From the IMG/VR virus record IMGVR_UViG_2049941000_000836: DNA of 57,102 bases; one strand, written 5' to 3'. This DNA comes from an uncultured virus (IMG/VR IMGVR_UViG_2049941000_000836) (taxonomy: Duplodnaviria; Heunggongvirae; Uroviricota; Caudoviricetes). Made by a program: the position numbers and the translations under genes. Shown one piece after another: positions 26,049 through 35,567 of this stretch (position 1 is its first letter; each line of letters starts with the position of its first letter). Under the pieces are notes generated by a model, which saw nothing but the letters and a program-made list of their open reading frames with translations, made no database searches and was not told the DNA's origin.

Positions 26049-27280
26049 TTTTTCCTCCTCTTCTTATACGCCCAATTTGCTCTCTGTGCAGCCGACCGGT
26101 CAAAGGCTACTATCCTGCCCTTGTCATCTTTGTGCGCGACGACACTGGTGCGTACACTGTCTGGTCGATGGTCGGTCTTTTGGCACAAATCCTTGTACCG
26201 TTTCTGCTGCTCTTTGAGCTTGATGGCTGCTGCTTCATGATCTGCTTTCAGTTCTGCTTTGATCTTTGGGTCTGTTGTTGCGTCCATTGCAGCCTGATAG
26301 CCGCAGATTTCTCTTTTGGTCGCTCGTATGGCTCTCTCTCTGGCTCTCATCATCTGCGACAGGTCGTATTCGGTAAGGCTATTGCCGTCTATCTGGTATT
26401 TCTCGCGCTTGTATTCGTCGAGCATTTTCTTGTCGTATGCCGGTAAAGAAATGCCGGGGAAGAACGGGTGAAAACCATGCCTGCAGCCCCATCCGCATAA
26501 GCCGTCGCCGGTGCCGTAGCCGGTGCTGTCTGCAAAATTCGGATAATTTCTGTCGCTGCCGTTTATCTTGTAGACTTGCCCTTGCCATTGCTCGTGGGAT
26601 GGTCTTGCTCCGGCGTGAGCTGATACTTCGTAATATTCCGCGCCTAAATCCTCGGAATACATTTCGGTGAGCTTGGCGGTGGTCTGGTTCAATCCGGTAA
26701 GAACAGATCGTCTCACGGCAACGTCGAGCCGGTCTCTATGCCCTGACGGGAACAGAACAAAGTTCCCGTCTATAATAGCTGCTTTGACTGCATTGCGGAT
26801 AGCCTGAGCGTAGGTAAATGCTCCTGACTGAGCTTGCATAAACGCCATATTGACAGCGTTCATGTATGCGTCCGTTGCACTCATGCCCGTTGTCATCGTA
26901 AGGTTTTTCAAATCGTAGTTGGTCTTGGCTATGTTCGCGTGAAGTAGCTGCTCCATCTGGCGGGACATACGAATCTCTTTCTGTACTCCGGCTTTGATGA
27001 ATGGGTTTGCATCGTATTCCATTGATTCAATCGCCGAAGCCTCGAAAAGATCGCGTACTTCGACTTCGGATATTTCCGAAACCTTTGCTACATTTCTTAC
27101 AACATCGTCCATGAGCATTCCTGACTGCTGCACCTTGTCGATCTGGTGTTCCGCTGTCGGGGTTATGCCTCCGGTCTTTACAATTCTGCGGGATATATCG
27201 GCGATAATCGCTCTGTCGAGTTCATCGTACAATCCCAAGATGTAGTCCGGGCATTCCGCAAGGTATTCGGGAGTAAGCAT
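26045..27280 (-). CDS. Phage minor capsid protein 2 family
   Basis: VSAHAGARPSH..WQG and GLCGWGCRH.F.PF. Confidence 0.9.
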   Translation of the reverse strand: MLTPEYLAECPDYILGLYDELDRAIIADISRRIVKTGGITPTAEHQIDKVQQSGMLMDDVVRNVAKVSEISEVEVRDLFEASAIESMEYDANPFIKAGVQKEIRMSRQMEQLLHANIAKTNYDLKNLTMTTGMSATDAYMNAVNMAFMQAQSGAFTYAQAIRNAVKAAIIDGNFVLFPSGHRDRLDVAVRRSVLTGLNQTTAKLTEMYSEDLGAEYYEVSAHAGARPSHEQWQGQVYKINGSDRNYPNFADSTGYGTGDGLCGWGCRHGFHPFFPGISLPAYDKKMLDEYKREKYQIDGNSLTEYDLSQMMRARERAIRATKREICGYQAAMDATTDPKIKAELKADHEAAAIKLKEQQKRYKDLCQKTDHRPDSVRTSVVAHKDDKGRIVAFDRSAAQRANWAYKKRRKK

Positions 27281-27291
27281 AAACTCACCCC

Positions 27292-28722
27292 TTATTCATT
27301 CGGTGGGAAAAGGCTCTGCGCCTGAGGTATCATTTCCAGTGCTTGCTCCTCGGTACAACCGAAGTACCAAGCGTAGAATTTTTCGAGCTTCAATTTACCG
27401 GCTAAGACCATAGCCCACCGCCGCTGATATTCCACGTCGGTGTCTTCGAGTATGCCGTCTCCCCATGTTATGCTTTTTTCAACCTCTCCATCCGGTGCAA
27501 GGTCGTAAAGGTCGCATATCGCGTTCATAACGTACAGCAGATTGTCAAAGCCTCTGTCAAGTGCCGTTTGCAGTGCGTGAACGGTTGCGTAGCTCCGCTG
27601 TTTTGATGCCTTGATTTCCGTTGCCGTCCGTTCCGCTGCCGAGGCTCCGGCTGCGTCTGAGATCGTGCCGTAGGCAAGACCACACTGGAATTCGATGTTG
27701 CGGAAGAGCTTGTCAAGTCCGTTGAACATTGCCGAATCTCGGATAGCCGGACTGTATTCCCTTAAAAGCGGTTGACCGCCGCCGTCGCCTGTACCCGGGA
27801 CGGTATAGGTTCGGAATAGTCGCTCTTTTCCGGCAGGAAGAACAGGCTTGCCTCGTTTGTCCGTTGTAAACAGCGTTTCGTCTGCTTCAATGACTGCTTC
27901 TTTTGCCTCGTATTCCCACAATGTACGGGAGAATTGTTTGTCTGCCTCCTCTATCAGGTCTTTCGCTCTGGCGTAAACGCTGATTCCGAGTGGGGAGTGA
28001 GGGTCGATGTTGTTGCCCTTTGGCGTTTTGATGTAAATAAAAAACGGCTTTTCTATGCCGTCCATTTCAACTATTGGCTCAATGCCTTTCCAGTCATCGA
28101 CCTGTTCAAGAGGTATCTCCTCGGAAAAGGGTCTGTCTACACTCAGCAGATCGTCGTCGTTCGATACGGAAATAATGCGCTCACTTCGGAATGCCTTATT
28201 CGTGACCGTGTAATGCGTTCCGACCAAAGAATGATATTCAAGCCGTGTATATACATGGTCGCCTATGCGTTTTGTGTCTATAAACACAGCTCCGGTGACG
28301 TCTTTGTTGCTGTCAAATGCTGTCGGGTAGAATCTGGTCGCCTGTATCACGTCGATTTCGATGTGATCGGGATTACCTGCTTCATCTGCTCCGGCTGCGT
28401 ATGGCTTTAAGACGATTCCTCCGAGCGCACACCACATTTCAACGGTGTGGTTTAATTCTCGGAGGAATAAGCTCATCTGTTCAAGTATATATTCGGCTCT
28501 CGGACTCCCGTCCAACTGTATGTCAAATTCGGTGAGGACAAGACGTGACATCTCCTCTGCTATGATAGCCGGAAGATTAAGTCCTTTGACATCCTTTTCG
28601 CCGCCTATCCACGGAGGCGTATTCTGGTACATATTCAGCCACAATTGGATAGCGTTGTCCATCTTTCCGGAAGTAGCTATCTGGACGTTGAGCTTCTTTT
28701 CAAGGCTCTTTTTCGGTATCAT
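27292..28722 (-). CDS. Portal protein (A118-like)
   Basis: SPLGIS.YA, IEFQCGLAYG, TATEI; true start may be an in-frame ATA 13 codons upstream after GGAGGTG. Confidence 0.9.
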   Translation of the reverse strand: MIPKKSLEKKLNVQIATSGKMDNAIQLWLNMYQNTPPWIGGEKDVKGLNLPAIIAEEMSRLVLTEFDIQLDGSPRAEYILEQMSLFLRELNHTVEMWCALGGIVLKPYAAGADEAGNPDHIEIDVIQATRFYPTAFDSNKDVTGAVFIDTKRIGDHVYTRLEYHSLVGTHYTVTNKAFRSERIISVSNDDDLLSVDRPFSEEIPLEQVDDWKGIEPIVEMDGIEKPFFIYIKTPKGNNIDPHSPLGISVYARAKDLIEEADKQFSRTLWEYEAKEAVIEADETLFTTDKRGKPVLPAGKERLFRTYTVPGTGDGGGQPLLREYSPAIRDSAMFNGLDKLFRNIEFQCGLAYGTISDAAGASAAERTATEIKASKQRSYATVHALQTALDRGFDNLLYVMNAICDLYDLAPDGEVEKSITWGDGILEDTDVEYQRRWAMVLAGKLKLEKFYAWYFGCTEEQALEMIPQAQSLFPPNE

Positions 28723-28747
28723 CTTGGAAGTAAACCTCCTAATCCAA

Positions 28748-30202
28748 TCAAGTATTGCTATCTCTGTTCACCTCCCATGCCGTATTGCTGAGTAGCTTGG
28801 GTATTCGTCTCTCAAAGGTGTATTCAAATGCGTCCATCGTGTCTATATCGGAAGTGCCGTCGTCGAGCCGTTCCAGCTCAATCTTTTTCGGGTTCCATAC
28901 AGCCATGCTGACCGCCTGTTCAAAAGTCTCGCATTCCTCGGTGTAGAATAGCCGGTTTTGCGCTGCAAGTGTCGTGACCGTCCGTATTCTGTCTATGATC
29001 TTACATTTGGCAGCGTTCTCGATTCGCGTTTCGCCGTATTCCGCTCGATTCATATCTTTGCGGATGCCACGTATCAAAACCTGCTCCGCACTATCGGCGT
29101 ATATTCTGGTGACAAATCCATAATCCCGGAGTATTCTCTCATAGAATCTGATGAATAATTCACTGAGCTTATCGGGGTCAATATCGTCAAGCCGTCTCCC
29201 TGTCTCCGGGTCTTTCTCTCCCTCGACAAATCGCTGTGATCTGAGGATTATCAATTGCTCGTAATCCTCTGTCATGCCTGTTGCAACAAAGGCATGACCG
29301 GAGCCGTTGCCGCCGAAGTCTATTCCCACGTTTAACTCAATAATTTTTCCGGCTGCTGCTAATCGCTTTGCCTCTGCTGCCGGAATAAAGAATCGTTTAT
29401 CATGTGCCGCAATGCTCGTAGCGATTTTCTGGTAGATAAGACCCTCGGCAATGGTTCTTTGTCCGAGGATGTCACGTATGTACCAGATACTGCCCTCGTC
29501 GTACTGGCTGATGATTTCCTGTAGTCGCTGCGGTGGAATTGTGGCGTTTTGGAAGATGTCAAAATGTCGGTAATTATAGCCTCCGAGTAATGTACCTGCT
29601 GCTGCTTTTTCCGCATATACGTCGATGTAGTTTTTGTAGATCGGTGCTTTCGGATGCTCCGGGTTCAAGTCCCAAAATATCTTACGGTTTACCGCTGCGA
29701 GCTGTCGGTTGAATGCTTCTTTGATAAAGTTGTCGTGGTGCAGGTTGATTTCCGTTGCAATCCACATTCCGTAGGAGTTACCACGAATCGCTTTGTAGCT
29801 GTCTGCTTTGAAAGACCCGGCGAAAATGACAATGCGCTGTCGGAAGTTGGTGTCTGGACCCTGAATGATAAGAGCCTCCATGCCTTTGTACTTTCCCCAT
29901 CTGCATTGCCCTCGGAAAATCCACTCTAAGCCGAATCCGTTTGCGTCGCCGATGTTCATTTTGGCGTTGCCGAGGGTAGAGCCTGACGCAAGGTGTATTT
30001 TGTCTGGTGTTCGTTTCAGCTCGTGAGCGAATGCGAATACATTGTCGATGGTCTTGCCGGAACGGACGGCACCTTCAAGGATATTGTAGGTGCAATCCCG
30101 GCAAGCTCTGATGTACTCTTTATGCGGCTCTCCGAATTTGTACGGAATGCTGCTGCGCCTGTTAAGCTCGGAACGACGAACGATCTTAATCTTTGTTCCC
30201 AT
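28748..30202 (-). CDS. terL: Terminase large subunit (PBSX-like)
   Basis: Walker A EGAVRSGKT, DLNP coupling motif, GIDFG nuclease motif, D..DAFEY. Confidence 0.95.
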   Translation of the reverse strand: MGTKIKIVRRSELNRRSSIPYKFGEPHKEYIRACRDCTYNILEGAVRSGKTIDNVFAFAHELKRTPDKIHLASGSTLGNAKMNIGDANGFGLEWIFRGQCRWGKYKGMEALIIQGPDTNFRQRIVIFAGSFKADSYKAIRGNSYGMWIATEINLHHDNFIKEAFNRQLAAVNRKIFWDLNPEHPKAPIYKNYIDVYAEKAAAGTLLGGYNYRHFDIFQNATIPPQRLQEIISQYDEGSIWYIRDILGQRTIAEGLIYQKIATSIAAHDKRFFIPAAEAKRLAAAGKIIELNVGIDFGGNGSGHAFVATGMTEDYEQLIILRSQRFVEGEKDPETGRRLDDIDPDKLSELFIRFYERILRDYGFVTRIYADSAEQVLIRGIRKDMNRAEYGETRIENAAKCKIIDRIRTVTTLAAQNRLFYTEECETFEQAVSMAVWNPKKIELERLDDGTSDIDTMDAFEYTFERRIPKLLSNTAWEVNRDSNT

Positions 30203-30689
30203 AAATATCACTTTCTATCTGGTCAAGGTCTTCTATCTCCATCTGGTAGACAATATCGCTGCTGTCGCTGTCGGTATCATCTTCGATTACCCGATTGAGT
30301 CGTTCAAGTTCTGCTCCGGCTTTGATGTATTCGAGTATCGCTCTCGGTGTAAGCTCCTCCGGCTTGATTTTATCCAACGCTTCGACCGCTTTTTTCTGCA
30401 TGAGCATAGCCGTCTTGATCTGGCGTTCCCGCATGGCTTTTCGATCTTTCCGGTCAGCTTCAATCTCTTGCCGCCTAAGATCATTTTCGTATGCTCGCAG
30501 CCTTTCCTGCCAATTCCATCTGCTGCTCCATCTATTCATGAGCGCACTACTTTTGCCTAACCTTTGCGCTAGCGATCTCAGCGACCGTTTTTCTCCCATT
30601 TTGAGGTATAGAGAAAAGGCTTCAAACGCCTGTGAGCTTTCGCCTTTTTGCCGTTCCCATGGCTTTTCGGCGATAGAATTACGTGCCAT
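30186..30689 (-). CDS. terS: Terminase small subunit
   Basis: WERQ.GES..AFEAF..Y, HTH, RWS...W..R; directly upstream of terL. Confidence 0.85.
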   Translation of the reverse strand: MARNSIAEKPWERQKGESSQAFEAFSLYLKMGEKRSLRSLAQRLGKSSALMNRWSSRWNWQERLRAYENDLRRQEIEADRKDRKAMRERQIKTAMLMQKKAVEALDKIKPEELTPRAILEYIKAGAELERLNRVIEDDTDSDSSDIVYQMEIEDLDQIESDIYGNKD

Positions 30690-31989
30690 TATCCTCCTCT
30701 CCCTTTATAGCATATCTGTAAACGATGTCGCCGTCATTGTCACGACCTACAGGTTTCAGTATGCCGCCATAGCCCTTTGCAGGGCTTGTACCCTTGTTGG
30801 GAGAGTTCCAATTCTGGCGAAGAAATTGTGCCATGGTCGTATCGTAGTTTAAGGCTCTCGCCTTATTGCTCCCGGTGTTGTAACCTGCTGCGCCACACCA
30901 TGGGAAAGACAAATACCGGTCTATGCCGTCTCTGATGTCGGAGAAATGTACCTCCCCTTTTTCACGGGCAATGATGATCGCCTGACCTATGTTCCCGGTC
31001 TGGCTTACGTTCCATTCCGGGGGAACACCGCAGCAGTTACAAGCATCGTTGCATTCACGGCAAAATGCGTCCGACACATGGAATCTCATTCCGAGGCTGT
31101 GGACGTAATCTCTCATGCTGTGTATGATCGGTGCTTTGATGGCTCTGTTCAAGCGTTTGTAGCCGTGCTGATGGCTGTTTTCCATGTAGTATCTATGCAC
31201 GTCAAATCCGCAGACTTTGCTCATTTCGGCGTATCGTGCTTTCAGATCATCGTTGGCTCTTGCCTCCATGCAGAAAAATTCTGTCGTAACACTGTCTGCT
31301 CCGGCTTCATGGGCGAGTTGTATCAGTCGCTTGTAATCGCTCGAAACGCCGATAATAAACGGACGTAACCGCAGCGTAACATGAATCCCTATGTCGGATA
31401 GTCTCTTGATTGCTGCCAGTCTTTCCTCCGGCGACGGTACGCCTCTCTCGATTTTCCGTGCCTTTTCAGCGTCCGCTGTGATTATGGAAATTTTGACGTG
31501 CCAATTGTGGGTGTGTCTGGCGAAAAGCTCCATGTATCTCTGGTCTGCTGTCCACCATGCCGCTTTCGTACTGAAGGAGATAGGGTAGTCGATTTTGTCG
31601 AAGTATCTGAGCAGTTCGAGCGTAATACCGTACCGCCGTTCCCATTCGTCAAATTCGTCTGCAAGACCACCCCACTGCATGATCTTCCTGTCCTGAATGT
31701 ATTTGAAGAATTGCAGGTCGTTCTTCGTGACTGCTGCTCGGTTATTCTTCATAGCATTCTCGAACAGGGCGATAACCTTTGCCGGGTCAACACATCTTGG
31801 CTTGCCGCCGCCTATGTACCCGTCGAGGGTATGGCTCTTTTGGAAGAATGCGAAGCAGTACAGGCAGTTGTAGGCGCATTTGCTGTAGGTGTCAAAGGTC
31901 ATCGGCATTGAGCAGTCGGGAATTTCCATAGTCCACCGAGGACTGCCGTAATCCATTTTCAGGTCGGTGTCGTTATTCAGTCTGTTCAT
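30679..31989 (-). CDS. Radical SAM protein, spore-photoproduct-lyase-like
   Basis: DTY..CAYNCLYCF (CxxxCxxC), STK, IE.G.PSP.ERL, LRPFI.G; extra C-terminal Cys cluster CRECNDACNCCG. Confidence 0.9.
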   Translation of the reverse strand: MNRLNNDTDLKMDYGSPRWTMEIPDCSMPMTFDTYSKCAYNCLYCFAFFQKSHTLDGYIGGGKPRCVDPAKVIALFENAMKNNRAAVTKNDLQFFKYIQDRKIMQWGGLADEFDEWERRYGITLELLRYFDKIDYPISFSTKAAWWTADQRYMELFARHTHNWHVKISIITADAEKARKIERGVPSPEERLAAIKRLSDIGIHVTLRLRPFIIGVSSDYKRLIQLAHEAGADSVTTEFFCMEARANDDLKARYAEMSKVCGFDVHRYYMENSHQHGYKRLNRAIKAPIIHSMRDYVHSLGMRFHVSDAFCRECNDACNCCGVPPEWNVSQTGNIGQAIIIAREKGEVHFSDIRDGIDRYLSFPWCGAAGYNTGSNKARALNYDTTMAQFLRQNWNSPNKGTSPAKGYGGILKPVGRDNDGDIVYRYAIKGEEDNGT

Positions 31990-32578
31990 TTTCGTCTCCC
32001 ATGCGGATAACCGTTGTTGAACTGTTTTCGCGTATCTGCTTTTTGTAGCCCTCTCGTTCAGCCCATTCCTCGGCGAGTTCAGCGTTCTTGAATACAAGGG
32101 TAATAACAAAACTACCCCCTATCAGCAGTTCTTCTTCATCCTCTTCCCAATCACTGTAATCAATGTCGCTTTCGTCAAAATCCTCGTTATTGGCAAGGAT
32201 AATAGCGATTTCATCCTCAGCGAATCCTGTTATGGTGGCAAGCTCTGTATCGTAATCTCGGAGAATATCTGCGAGTTTGTCGTAATCCCATCTGCCCTTG
32301 ATTTTATTCAAGGCGATATTGAGGAGCTTTTCGTCCTTTTCATCCATGTCAACGACCGAACAGGGGATAAGGGTTTCGCCCATGCTTTGCAGAACTGCCA
32401 GACGCTGATGACCGCCTACTACGTTGCCGGTTCTTTGATTCCAGACAACAGGCTCGACATTCCCGAATTGGATAATGCTCTTTTTGAGCTTTTCCCATTC
32501 TTTCATACCCGGCTGCAGCTCTACACGAGGGTTGTATGGCGCAGGATTCAGCTTTTCGATCTCAATTAACTGTACCAA
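31973..32578 (-). CDS. ParB/Srx-like N-terminal domain protein
   Basis: L.PAPYNPR, FG.VEP, GGHQRL, LNIALNKI.G.WD. Confidence 0.9.
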   Translation of the reverse strand: MVQLIEIEKLNPAPYNPRVELQPGMKEWEKLKKSIIQFGNVEPVVWNQRTGNVVGGHQRLAVLQSMGETLIPCSVVDMDEKDEKLLNIALNKIKGRWDYDKLADILRDYDTELATITGFAEDEIAIILANNEDFDESDIDYSDWEEDEEELLIGGSFVITLVFKNAELAEEWAEREGYKKQIRENSSTTVIRMGDENEQTE

Positions 32579-33194
32579 ATTCTGTTCCCTCCATTTTGAC
32601 TGTAATATTCCGGGTCGTACCGGGGTAGGTCACGTCTATACCGTGATCTTTGAGGTATGCCTCTGCTTTTTCTTTTGACGGGAATGAAAGGAAAATAGAA
32701 AATTCCTTTTCTGGCTTTTCCTCCGGTTCTTCTTTGCTGCTGCTCTCGGATTCTTCGTCATCGTCGTCAAAGTCGAAATCATCTGCGGATGCCGTCTCTA
32801 CGTTATCAAAAATCCGGCTGAGTTCATCCTCGGTAAAGCCGGTGAATTTAATGTCCTCTTTGGAAATCTCTCCAAATAGCTCTTCGAGCTTTCCGTAATC
32901 CCAATCGCCGTCGATCTTGTTGAGAGCGATATTAAGCAGTCTTTCCTGTTCATCATCGTAGTCAACGAGAACGACTTCGACTTCTTTCTTCCCTTGGGCT
33001 TTGAGTACATTCAGGCGTTGGTGACCGCTGATGAGCAGTCCGGTTCTTTCGTTTACGATCAACGGAAGAACCATGCCGAAATGTTCTAAGCTGTTACTCA
33101 ACGACTTCCATTCATCGTCATTCGGCGTTAAGCTGACGCGGGGGTTATACGGTGCAGGATGAATGTGCTGTATCTGCATAATTGCTGTTTTCAT
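32562..33194 (-). CDS. ParB/Srx-like N-terminal domain protein (paralogue)
   Basis: PAPYNPR, SGHQRL, LNIALNKIDGDWD; acidic linker. Confidence 0.9.
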   Translation of the reverse strand: MKTAIMQIQHIHPAPYNPRVSLTPNDDEWKSLSNSLEHFGMVLPLIVNERTGLLISGHQRLNVLKAQGKKEVEVVLVDYDDEQERLLNIALNKIDGDWDYGKLEELFGEISKEDIKFTGFTEDELSRIFDNVETASADDFDFDDDDEESESSSKEEPEEKPEKEFSIFLSFPSKEKAEAYLKDHGIDVTYPGTTRNITVKMEGTEFGTVN

Positions 33195-33206
33195 TTCGCA
33201 CTTCCT

Positions 33207-33959
33207 CTACAATTTGATTTTTTTATCTTTCAGAATGACCCTGACTTCATTTGACTTGGTGGCATGGGGTGCGAGAACATAGGGATATGTTATGCACAGT
33301 CTTTTTACTGCGTCTATGTTTGCGTCGCCTTTCCACAGATCGCTACAGCCGCCTTTGTTGGTGCGGTGCTTTGCTTTTGGTGCGAGGAAGTTAAAGCGCA
33401 AAATATTCTTCCCGTAGGAGAGTAATCTGGCGCAAAGTTCTATATCCTCTTTGGCTCGGTATGATTCGTCCAAAAAAATAAGATTTCCTGCGGTGAATCC
33501 CAACACAGTATTTACAGTGACCTTTGTCGAAATGGAATTTGACATGAAGAAATCATTGTAAACCGGATAGAATCCGAACACAGGTGCTTTTGCTTTCCTT
33601 GCCGTCTCAAAGCACCGGGTAATAAGCTCCGATAATTCCTTTTCGCCCTCAACAACCTCAATTTTTCCGTTCTTCAAGATGCCGAATGTCGAAATATCGT
33701 CATCCAACATCAATATGTTTTCTTTTCCTCCGAAGAATCGGAGGATGTTGTTTCTGGCTGCTGCGACTCCATCGGCTTTTGCGTAGATTATCTGCGCCTT
33801 ATCGCTGTAGATCATGTAGTCATGGTAATCCTCTGGTGTTTGCACAAAAATATACAATCGGCTTTTGGGTACGCCGTTCCTTGACATATATTCAAGAGAC
33901 TCCTGCTTTCCGGCTCTCTTATAGCTTGGTATTGCTACCACATATTTTTGATTCTTCAT
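33207..33959 (-). CDS. GT-A glycosyltransferase, TAGT/GREB1-like
   Basis: IPSYKRA, ARNNIL, MLDDDI (DxD), KEDIELC, NKGGC. Confidence 0.8.
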   Translation of the reverse strand: MKNQKYVVAIPSYKRAGKQESLEYMSRNGVPKSRLYIFVQTPEDYHDYMIYSDKAQIIYAKADGVAAARNNILRFFGGKENILMLDDDISTFGILKNGKIEVVEGEKELSELITRCFETARKAKAPVFGFYPVYNDFFMSNSISTKVTVNTVLGFTAGNLIFLDESYRAKEDIELCARLLSYGKNILRFNFLAPKAKHRTNKGGCSDLWKGDANIDAVKRLCITYPYVLAPHATKSNEVRVILKDKKIKL

Positions 33960-34356
33960 CGTAAACTCTCTTTCGCAGTTCAGAGGAACTCAATCCATGT
34001 GATCTGTTATTGTAGAATATCTGTATTCCGCGCTCTTCACAAATCTTTCTGCCAGTGAAGTCAACGAGCTTGTATTCCTCTCCGACAAATCGTATGTCGA
34101 TAGGTAGTGTCATTAAGGCAAGCTCCAAGTCCTTTTCGCCGCTGAGCGGTACAACTTCATCGACAGCTCTGTGCGCTCTCAATTCAGTGTATCGTTCGTA
34201 TGCAGACTGTATCGGTTTGTGCTTTTCCGGTCTATCTGTCGTAGGGTCGATAATCAATCCAACGTAAAGGTAGTCACAATATCTCTTGCATTCATCCAAC
34301 ATAAGAACGTGACCGGCGTGTAGGAGATCGCCGACAACTGAGGTAAATCCTATCAT
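33919..34356 (-). CDS. TagD-like cytidylyltransferase (HIGH nucleotidyltransferase)
   Basis: GDLLHAGH, KPIQS..ER, VDEV, SSSELR. Confidence 0.9.
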   Translation of the reverse strand: MIGFTSVVGDLLHAGHVLMLDECKRYCDYLYVGLIIDPTTDRPEKHKPIQSAYERYTELRAHRAVDEVVPLSGEKDLELALMTLPIDIRFVGEEYKLVDFTGRKICEERGIQIFYNNRSHGLSSSELRKRVYDEESKICGSNTKL

Positions 34357-34357
34357 C

Positions 34358-35425
34358 TCACAACTGCCCCTCGATTTCTTTTGCTTTTTTCAGCACGAGT
34401 TGCTTTTTAGAATTATCTTTAGTGTACTTTAAAAGGCGAAGCCAGTAAGTTGCTTCTATCGCTCTTACCTCTTTAAGAATGCCGTTGGCTGACAGCAAAT
34501 CGCATAGCTTTGAAAATGCTTCTTCAATTTCATCCGGTTCCTCCTCATGAAGGAACATTTCTCCTCCGTCAAATGAAAACAACAGCTTTCCGTAATCCAA
34601 TAGATAAGAGGAATAATTGTCGTTGGGGATTGGGTCAATCAAGAAGATTTCGCGTTCGTTGAATATGGTGTTTGACAGCGAGAGGTCGCCATGACAAAAT
34701 GAAGCTTGACTTGCATAGAACATATCGTGACTTTTGAGAAAGTCAAAAAGGAACGGATAATCAAGCCACGTTTTACCAACGCTTCCCAAATGCGATAACA
34801 CTCTTTCAGCGAGCTTTTCAGAAGAAAATGTATAATTCCCTTTCTGCATTGAAAAAAAAGAAATCAGGCTGATTATCCGGTAAATGTCATCCATCCTGAT
34901 CGCGTTTAATTGGTTGCCGGGTATTCCGGGAATATAGGTCATGTAAATCGTATCGCCAACTATTGACGTTACTTTTGGAACATTTATTCCGAGTTTAGCT
35001 GCGGCTGAGTACCATTCGGCTTGTTTCGCTGAGCCGCATCCGCTTTTGATAACCTGATTCCCAATCCGCATAATCTCAGCTCCACTGTTTCCACCGAGCC
35101 TTTTCGGAATAGAATCTAAAAAGCCATCAACACTCATGGCTTTATCGTCAATATACAAATCTCCGAGAGGCTTTCCGAAAATAAGCTCATCACAAGGAAC
35201 GTCGTTGTCTTTGAGCCATGCCGAAACAATGCTCCTGTACTTTCTTTCTATTCTCTCAATATCTCCGTTGCAGGACAATTGACCTCTACCAGTGTAAATG
35301 ATAATTACGTGTCCTTCGTTTTTGAGTTTCCTGATCCTCTGGATTACATCCGTGATCGGGATAGCGTTCCCGAAGTCTTTTCCTGCTCTGCATAAAGTGT
35401 CATCCAAATCACAAACTATTCGCAT
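34358..35425 (-). CDS. HAD phosphatase (capsule-biosynthesis type) fused to an APH/choline-kinase-like phosphotransferase
   Basis: DLDDTL, TGRG, GKP...YIDD; then GGNSGA, HGDLSLSN, LIDP, LDYGK; GGAGG RBS before MRIVCD. Confidence 0.85.
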   Translation of the reverse strand: MRIVCDLDDTLCRAGKDFGNAIPITDVIQRIRKLKNEGHVIIIYTGRGQLSCNGDIERIERKYRSIVSAWLKDNDVPCDELIFGKPLGDLYIDDKAMSVDGFLDSIPKRLGGNSGAEIMRIGNQVIKSGCGSAKQAEWYSAAAKLGINVPKVTSIVGDTIYMTYIPGIPGNQLNAIRMDDIYRIISLISFFSMQKGNYTFSSEKLAERVLSHLGSVGKTWLDYPFLFDFLKSHDMFYASQASFCHGDLSLSNTIFNEREIFLIDPIPNDNYSSYLLDYGKLLFSFDGGEMFLHEEEPDEIEEAFSKLCDLLSANGILKEVRAIEATYWLRLLKYTKDNSKKQLVLKKAKEIEGQL

Positions 35426-35502
35426 TATCTCGCCTCCTCTTTGCCTGCTCCTCTTTGAATCAGAGCTATTATTCAATGCTCCATTTTGGGTCGCTGAATC
35501 GT

Positions 35503-35544
35503 AAAAAAAAGAGTTGCCCCATTCACTTCTGAACAGGGCAACTC
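35503..35544 (-). terminator. Terminator-like hairpin in the late leader
   Basis: GAGTTGCCCTGTTCA-gaag-TGAATGGGGCAACTC plus T8. Confidence 0.75.
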
Positions 35545-35567
35545 ACTGAGCGCACTCTAACGATTTG

